Shown here: positions 23,104 through 29,134 of the stretch, one piece after another
Layout of the letters: the number at the start of each line of letters is the position of its first letter
Position numbering within the stretch: position 1 is the stretch's first letter
Assembly: GCF_019464535.1 (NCBI RefSeq)
Contig: NZ_CP080507.1
Location: forward strand, 3,720,001 to 3,752,000
Reading direction: 5' to 3'
DNA: 32,000 nt
Origin: Horticoccus luteus
GTDB taxonomy: Bacteria; Verrucomicrobiota; Verrucomicrobiia; Opitutales; Opitutaceae
Made by a program: the position numbers and the translations under genes
Notes under the pieces: generated by a model
Seen by the model: the letters and a program-made list of their open reading frames with translations, nothing else
The model's database searches: none
Told to the model about the DNA's origin: nothing

Positions 23104-23117
23104 TTAATTGATTTAGC
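23104..23117 (+). promoter_or_regulatory. Locus motif copy G: TTAATTGATTTAGC
   Basis: Plus strand. It directly abuts the LacI GTG start codon and lies 49 nt upstream of the GTG start of the cytoplasmic sulfatase (23167). Confidence 0.5.
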
Positions 23118-23120
23118 GGA

Positions 23121-23136
23121 GTGCGACTTTTCGCAC
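23121..23136. promoter_or_regulatory. Inverted repeat GTGCGA-CTTT-TCGCAC between motif G and the sulfatase start
   Basis: The 6-nt arms are perfect with a 4-nt spacer. It lies in the 63-nt lacI/sulfatase divergent region. It could be an operator or a 5'-UTR hairpin. Confidence 0.3.
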
Positions 23137-23166
23137 CGGATTCACCACGTCAACGTAATTGCTCCC

Positions 23167-24570
23167 GTGGCTGCCCCTTCTCCCTTTCCTGCGCCGTCCT
23201 CCGGTCGGCCGCCGCCGAATGTCGTCTTCATCATCGCCGACGATCACCGGCACGATGCGCTCGGCGTGTGCGGGCATCCGGCGGTGCGCACGCCCCACTT
23301 GGACGCCTTGGCGCGCCGCGGCACCCATTTCGCGCGCACGTATCAAATGGGCGGGCTCATCGCCGCCGTGTGTTCGCCTGCCCGCGCCGCGCTCTTGACT
23401 GGCTGCAATGTCATCCGCGCCGACGCCGCTCCCTCTCCCTCCAGCCAGCCCGACCGCCTGGTGGCCCTCGCTCCCGATCTCACGACGCTCCCCGAGCGAT
23501 TTCGCGCCGCCGGTTACGAGACGTTCATCACCGGAAAATGGCACAACGACCCGGCGGCGCTTCAACGCTCGTTCACCGGCGGACGCCGCATCTTTTTCGG
23601 CGGCATGTCCGATCATCATCACGTGCCGCTGCGGGATTATTCGCCGACCGGCGACTACTCGGCACCGCCTTACTACGAAGCAGGCTTCTCCACCGAACTC
23701 TTTTGCCGCGCTGCGGAGGAGTTTATTCAGCAACCCCGCGGACCCTTCTTCCTCTATCTCGCACTCACGTCGCCCCACGATCCCCGCACCCCGCCCCCGG
23801 AGTTCGCCACGTTATATCCGCCGGCCGACATTCCGTTGCCGGCGAATTTTCTGCCTGACCATCCCTTTGATAACGGCGAAATTGCGATCCGCGACGAACG
23901 CCTCGCCGACCATCCACTGCAACCCGATGTCCTGCGGGCGCATCTCGCCGCCTACTATGGCATGATCAGCCATCACGACGCTCAACTCAGCCGCGTCTTC
24001 ACCGCTCTGCGCGAGGCTGGCTTGGAATCCAACACGCTGGTCGTTTACGTCTCCGATCACGGGTTGTCGCTCGGCAGCCACGGTTTGCTCGGCAAACAGA
24101 ATCTCTACGAAGAAAGCGTGCGCGTGCCGCTGCTGCTGGCGGGCCCCGGCGTGACTGCCGGGCGCACCGAAACAGCGCCGGTTTATTCCCTCGATCTCTT
24201 CTCGACGCTGCCCGCGCTGGCCGGCCTGCCCGCTGCGCCCGCTCACGACAGCCGACCGTTACCGCTCACGGCATCAACGCCTGACGGCCGCCGGCACTTC
24301 GTTTTCGCGCTCTATAAGGATTGTCAGCGCATGGTCAGCGATGGGCGGTGGAAACTCATCCGCTACTACGTGCACGGGCAGGAGCGGCGACAACTTTTCG
24401 ACTTGGACAACGACCCCGCGGAGCTCACCGATCTCTCCACCGTGGCCGCGCACCAACCCGTCATTCATCGCCTGCTCGCCCGCTTGAACGCCTGGCAGAG
24501 CTCCATCGGCGATCGCTGGCTGCCGCCCGCGCTTCTGCCGGGTGATGTCGACTCGGATCTCGTCGCATGA
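23167..24570 (+). CDS. Sulfatase (S1, Cys-type) without a signal peptide (predicted cytoplasmic)
   Basis: NVVFIIADDHRHD is followed by the CSPARAALLTG motif. It forms the C-terminal part of the artefactual 961-aa track ORF. The first plausible start after the divergent lacI gene is the GTG at 23167, giving (M)AAPSPFPAPSSGRPPPNVVF. No hydrophobic N-terminal segment exists in any possible extension. The stop overlaps the next gene's start in ATGA (24567-24570). Confidence 0.85.
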   Translation: MAAPSPFPAPSSGRPPPNVVFIIADDHRHDALGVCGHPAVRTPHLDALARRGTHFARTYQMGGLIAAVCSPARAALLTGCNVIRADAAPSPSSQPDRLVALAPDLTTLPERFRAAGYETFITGKWHNDPAALQRSFTGGRRIFFGGMSDHHHVPLRDYSPTGDYSAPPYYEAGFSTELFCRAAEEFIQQPRGPFFLYLALTSPHDPRTPPPEFATLYPPADIPLPANFLPDHPFDNGEIAIRDERLADHPLQPDVLRAHLAAYYGMISHHDAQLSRVFTALREAGLESNTLVVYVSDHGLSLGSHGLLGKQNLYEESVRVPLLLAGPGVTAGRTETAPVYSLDLFSTLPALAGLPAAPAHDSRPLPLTASTPDGRRHFVFALYKDCQRMVSDGRWKLIRYYVHGQERRQLFDLDNDPAELTDLSTVAAHQPVIHRLLARLNAWQSSIGDRWLPPALLPGDVDSDLVA

Positions 24571-26180
24571 CCCATCTGCGCGTCAGCCCCCTCGATCTGG
24601 GGATCGTGCTCGGATATTTCGTGTTTACCATCGCGCTCGGCGCTTGGTTTTCCCGTCGCAAGGTCGAGACCGGCGAAGGCTTCTTCCTCGCCGGCCGCTC
24701 CGCGCGCTGGCCCGTCATCGGCGCGTCGCTTTTTTCTGCGAACATCTCCAGTCAGCAATTCGTCGGCATGGCCGGCCTCGCCTACACCCTCGGACTCGTC
24801 GCCGGCGCGTTCCAATTGGTGGGCGCGGGCTGCTTCCTCCTCCTCGCGCTGTTTTTTGTGGACGTTTATCTGGGGCTGAAGCTCACCACCGCGCCGGAAT
24901 TCTTCGAGCGCCGCTACGGTTCCGGCACGCGGCTCTTCGTTGCGGGCATCAACGTCGTCATGATCCTCGCCGCCAACCTCACCGCGGCGCTCTATGCCGG
25001 CGCCACGGTGCTGACCACGTTGCTGGGCTGGACCGCTCCCGGACAATTTCTGATCGCGGTCGTGGCGATCGCGGGCGGCGCGGCGATCTGCGCCATTTTC
25101 GGCGGGTTGCGTTCGGTCATGTGGATCGACGTGTTTCAAGCCTCGGTGCTCGTCCTCGGCGGGCTCGTGACGCTCTTCGCCGCTCTCGCTCACGCCGGCG
25201 GCCTCGCCGCGCTGCTCCCCATGCACGATCCCGCGGGCCACTCCATGTGGTCGGTCGTGCAACCCTGGAACCATGCCTTCGGCTGGCTGCCGCTGCTGAC
25301 CGGCGCCGTGATCCTCGGCGTGCATGGACATTGCACCGATCATGACTACGTCCAACGCGCGCTCGCGGCCCGCAGTGTTTATCATTCGAAAATGGGCGCG
25401 GTATTCGCCGCGTTGCTCAAGATCCTGGCCCTCTTCATCATCGCTGCACCGGGTGTCATCGCGGCGCGGCTCATTCCCGGCCTCGCCCATCCGGATCAAG
25501 CCTACGCCGAAATGGTGGCGCATTTCGTTCCACCGGGACTGGTCGGCTTGGTGCTCGCCGGACTGCTCGCGGCGATTCTCGGCACGATGGCGGCCGGGCT
25601 GGCCGCGTCGTCCTCGATGCTCACCTATGATTTCGCGCTGAAAATATTCCCCCGGCTCGACGAACGCGCCCGCGTGCGCCTCGGCCGCGCGTTGATGGCG
25701 CTCATTCTCGTGGGTTGCAGCGCGGCGGCGCCGCTGATCGCCCGCTACTCCGGGTTATTCGCGTATCTCGTGAAACTCTGGTCGCTCCTCGCTCCGCCGG
25801 TTTTTGTTTGTGTTGTCTTCGGCATTTTTTCCCGGCGCGCCGACAATCGCGGCGCCATCGCCACGCTCATCGTCGGTTCCACCTTGGGGCTCGCCGCGTT
25901 TCTCGTGCTCGATTCCCCCGCCGCGGTTGCGAAGCTGCCTGTTTACCTGCGCAACCCGCTCAACATCGGCTTCACCATCACGCTCGTTTGCACCGCGGTG
26001 ATGCTCGCCGCCAGCCGCGGTCGATTCTCGCCGGCCGCGCGCCTCGCCTTCGCGCAACGCGCAGCGGTGCCCATGAGCGATCGCGAACAACGCCGCTACC
26101 GCCTCTTTCTCGCCAGCGTGCTCATCGTCCTCGTCGCCGTCATCGTGCTGTTCTCCCCGCTCGGTTTGCTGCGGGCGTGA
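24567..26180 (+). CDS. Sodium:solute symporter family (SSF, SGLT-like sugar transporter)
   Basis: GFFLAGRSARWPVIGASLFSANISSQQFVGMAGLAY is the hallmark SSF/SGLT N-terminal block. The 537-aa product is strongly hydrophobic with multiple TM segments. Confidence 0.9.
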   Translation: MTHLRVSPLDLGIVLGYFVFTIALGAWFSRRKVETGEGFFLAGRSARWPVIGASLFSANISSQQFVGMAGLAYTLGLVAGAFQLVGAGCFLLLALFFVDVYLGLKLTTAPEFFERRYGSGTRLFVAGINVVMILAANLTAALYAGATVLTTLLGWTAPGQFLIAVVAIAGGAAICAIFGGLRSVMWIDVFQASVLVLGGLVTLFAALAHAGGLAALLPMHDPAGHSMWSVVQPWNHAFGWLPLLTGAVILGVHGHCTDHDYVQRALAARSVYHSKMGAVFAALLKILALFIIAAPGVIAARLIPGLAHPDQAYAEMVAHFVPPGLVGLVLAGLLAAILGTMAAGLAASSSMLTYDFALKIFPRLDERARVRLGRALMALILVGCSAAAPLIARYSGLFAYLVKLWSLLAPPVFVCVVFGIFSRRADNRGAIATLIVGSTLGLAAFLVLDSPAAVAKLPVYLRNPLNIGFTITLVCTAVMLAASRGRFSPAARLAFAQRAAVPMSDREQRRYRLFLASVLIVLVAVIVLFSPLGLLRA

Positions 26181-26292
26181 CGGGCGTCGCGCGCCGGGGC
26201 GGCAGTCGTTCGCGCACCCAGACGGACTAAACCCGGTGCCGGCCCGACCTTCGCCTTGCGCCACATCGACAAACGGCGTGCTATCGTCGGAC

Positions 26293-27456
26293 ATGACGTT
26301 CGACTTCGACACGCCGCTCAACCGCGTCGGCTCCGATTCCCAAAAGTGGCAGAAATACGCCGGCCGCGACATCCTGCCCATGTGGGTCGCCGACATGGAT
26401 TTTCGCTCGTCGCCCGCCATCATCGATGCCCTGCAACGCCGCGTCGCGCACGGGATCTTCGGCTACGCTCGCCCGGTGGCCTCGACGATCGACGCTGTCG
26501 TCGACGCTTTCGCGCGCCGCTATGGTTGGGCGATCGATCCGGCGTGGCTCGTCTGGCTCCCTGGCCTCGTCGGCGGCCTCAACCTCACCGCGCAGGCCCT
26601 CACCGCCCCGGGTGACGAAGTGCTCACCCTCACGCCCGTTTACCCGCCGTTCATGTCGGCGCCGAAAAACAGCGGCCGCGTGTCGGTGCCGGTGCCGTTT
26701 GCCCTCCACACCACCGCGGCGCGTTGGGAAATCGATTGGGTGGCCCTCGAACGCTCCGTCACGCCGCGCACGAAGCTCTTCTTTTTGTGCAACCCGCACA
26801 ACCCCCTCGCCCGCGTGTGGCGGCGCGACGAACTCACGCAACTCGCCGAATTCTGCGCGCGGCATGATCTCATTCTCTGCTCGGATGAAATTCACTGCGA
26901 CCTGATCCTCGATCCCGCGCTGCCGCACATCCCCAGCGCGTCGCTCAGCAGCGAGCTCGCCCAGCGCACCATCACCCTCATGGCGCCGAGCAAGACCTAC
27001 AACATTCCCGGGCTGGGCACCTCGCTCGCGATCATCCCCGACGCCACGTTGCGCGCGCGTTTCGTTCGCGCCGCCGCCGGCATCGTCGCCGAAGTCACCG
27101 CCCTCGGCTTCACCGCGTGCGAAGCCGCCTACCGCGACAGCGAACCCTGGCGCCAGGCGTTGCTCGCGTATCTGCGGGGCAATCGCGATCACCTCCTCTC
27201 GTTTCTCCAACGCGAGCTTCCCGCCGTGCGCGTCGAGGCGCCGATCGAGGCGACCTATCTGGCGTGGCTTAACGTCAGCGCACTCGGTCTTGCCGATCCC
27301 ATCGCCCACTTCGAAGAACACGGCGTCGGCCTCAGCGAAGGCGCGTATTTCGGTGCGAGACGCGGCGACTATGTGCGCCTCAACTTCGGCTGCCCGCGCG
27401 CCACGCTGAGCGAAGGCCTGGCCCGGATGAAACGCGCCGCCGCGGCCGCGCGCTAA
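26293..27456 (+). CDS. PatB/MalY-family PLP-dependent C-S lyase (cystathionine beta-lyase type aminotransferase class I/II)
   Basis: The product is collinear with B. subtilis PatB: SQKWQKY, PMWVADMDFRSSPAIIDAL, HGIFGY, FLCNPHNP, SDEIHCDL, the PLP-lysine block APSKTYNIPG, and RLNFGCPRATLSEGLARM. I used the ATG at 26293. Confidence 0.88.
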   Translation: MTFDFDTPLNRVGSDSQKWQKYAGRDILPMWVADMDFRSSPAIIDALQRRVAHGIFGYARPVASTIDAVVDAFARRYGWAIDPAWLVWLPGLVGGLNLTAQALTAPGDEVLTLTPVYPPFMSAPKNSGRVSVPVPFALHTTAARWEIDWVALERSVTPRTKLFFLCNPHNPLARVWRRDELTQLAEFCARHDLILCSDEIHCDLILDPALPHIPSASLSSELAQRTITLMAPSKTYNIPGLGTSLAIIPDATLRARFVRAAAGIVAEVTALGFTACEAAYRDSEPWRQALLAYLRGNRDHLLSFLQRELPAVRVEAPIEATYLAWLNVSALGLADPIAHFEEHGVGLSEGAYFGARRGDYVRLNFGCPRATLSEGLARMKRAAAAAR

Positions 27457-27896
27457 GGCAGAATCCGCGCCTGCCACTCCGGCGGCAGCACCCGCGGCCG
27501 ATACGCCCCGAACAGCCGGTAACGCACCCGCGCCACCAGCCGATACGCGGCGTCGCGCCAACTCCGCGGAATCGCGCGGCACCACGCCACCGCGCGCCAC
27601 GCGCCGCCCAAAGCCGCCAGCACGGCCAGCACCGCATCGGTGCGCACGAGGATCGTGACCCGCCGCCCCGCCCAATCCGGCACGTAAACCGCCGTGTCGA
27701 AATCTGTCGTCGGCAGATCGCGGGCGCGCAGAAACGCCTGCGCCGTTTCACCCTGCAACGGCGCGAACCACAACTTCCCCCGCCGATCGCTGCGCAACAA
27801 AAGCCGCACCAAACCCTGACACAGCCCGCATTCGCCGTCGAACAGCAACACCCGTTGCGGGACGGACGGCGAAGAAGCGGTGGAGGGCTCGGGCAT
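27453..27896 (-). CDS. DCC-family thiol-disulfide oxidoreductase (DUF393)
   Basis: VLLFDGECGLCQGLVRLLLRSD carries the DxxCxxC signature of the DCC family. Its stop overlaps the patB-like stop convergently (27453-27456). Confidence 0.8.
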   Translation of the reverse strand: MPEPSTASSPSVPQRVLLFDGECGLCQGLVRLLLRSDRRGKLWFAPLQGETAQAFLRARDLPTTDFDTAVYVPDWAGRRVTILVRTDAVLAVLAALGGAWRAVAWCRAIPRSWRDAAYRLVARVRYRLFGAYRPRVLPPEWQARILP

Positions 27897-27976
27897 GCTC
27901 CGTTGTCGCTCCCACCGGCGCGCGACGCAACTCCCCTTGCGGCGACACGCCGCCGCGCTTTACCTCTTCCGCTTCG

Positions 27977-29089
27977 ATGCGTCTTGGTCCTTACGAACTT
28001 CCTTCGCCCTTGTTCCTCTCGCCGCTGGCCGGCTACACCAATCTGCCGATGCGCGTGACGCTGCGCGAACTCGGCGGGCTCTCCTGGACCACGACCGATC
28101 TCGTCAACGCGCGCTCCCTCCTCGAACGCAATCGCACCGCGCTCAAACTCGTCGCCTCCGCCTCCGAAGACCGGCCGTTTGCCATCCAGCTCTTCGGCAG
28201 CGTGCCCGAGGAAATGCGCGACGCCGCCATCGTCTGCGAAGAACTGGGCGCGCAGTCGATCGACATCAACATGGGCTGCCCCGTGCGCAAGGTCGTGAGC
28301 ATCGGCGGCGGCTCCGCCATGATGACCGAGCTCGATAAAACCGCGCGCCTCGTGCGCGGCATGATCGACGCCGTCAAGATTCCCATCACCGCCAAAATGC
28401 GCCTCGGCTGGGATGACGCCAATCTCACCGCGCCCGACCTCGCCCGCGTCCTCGAAGACACCGGCGTCGCCGCCATTTTCGTGCACGGCCGCACCCGCGC
28501 GCAGGGATTTTCCGGCGGCGTCAACCTCGCCGGCATCCGCGCCGTCGTGCAGGCCGTGCGGGCGATTCCCGTCATCGGCAACGGCGACGTCACCACGCCC
28601 TCCGCCGCGCAGCGCATGCTTGCCGAAACGGAATGCGCGGGCGTCAGCATCGGCCGCGGCGCGTTTTACGATCCGTGGATTTTCCGCCGCACCGCGCACT
28701 TGCTGCGCACCGGCGAGCTGTTGCCCGAGCCGACGTTCACCGAGCGACTGCGGGTGATGCGCCGGCACTTCGAACGCTACTGCGATTTCTACGGCGAGGA
28801 ACACGGTGCGCGGCTCTTTCGCAAGGTCGCGCCGTGGTATGCGAAACGCTTCGGCCCTGCGAAACCGTTCAAACGGCGGATCATCACCATCACCTCGCGC
28901 GCCGATTTCGACGCCGCGATCGCCGAGTATCTCGCGTGGCGCGCGCCGTTTTGCGGCGCCGACGGCGAACTCCTGCCCAAGTATGAACCCGCGCCGATGA
29001 TCGCCTCGTTCGAACGCCCCGACGGCGAGCCCGACGTCTTGCAGCGCGAGAGCATCCCCGTGCCCAAAGGCCCCGTCGACGTCTGGTAA
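27977..29089 (+). CDS. tRNA-dihydrouridine synthase (Dus family)
   Basis: The Dus TIM-barrel signatures are LSPLAGYTNLPMR, FAIQLFGS, IDINMGCPVRKV, VTAKMRLGWD, FVHGRTR and IGNGDV. Confidence 0.9.
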   Translation: MRLGPYELPSPLFLSPLAGYTNLPMRVTLRELGGLSWTTTDLVNARSLLERNRTALKLVASASEDRPFAIQLFGSVPEEMRDAAIVCEELGAQSIDINMGCPVRKVVSIGGGSAMMTELDKTARLVRGMIDAVKIPITAKMRLGWDDANLTAPDLARVLEDTGVAAIFVHGRTRAQGFSGGVNLAGIRAVVQAVRAIPVIGNGDVTTPSAAQRMLAETECAGVSIGRGAFYDPWIFRRTAHLLRTGELLPEPTFTERLRVMRRHFERYCDFYGEEHGARLFRKVAPWYAKRFGPAKPFKRRIITITSRADFDAAIAEYLAWRAPFCGADGELLPKYEPAPMIASFERPDGEPDVLQRESIPVPKGPVDVW

Positions 29090-29134
29090 CCCGTGCGCAT
29101 CCGCGCGTCTTACTCCCCTTTTCCTGCCCCGCTC

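Noticed and set aside
21685-23166. The N-terminal ~494 codons of the 961-aa track ORF 21685..24570.
   Set aside because: This stretch runs antisense through the beta-helix gene start and the whole LacI gene, and it is R/P/H-rich junk. Sulfatase homology begins only around NVVFIIADD. The real gene is taken from the GTG at 23167.
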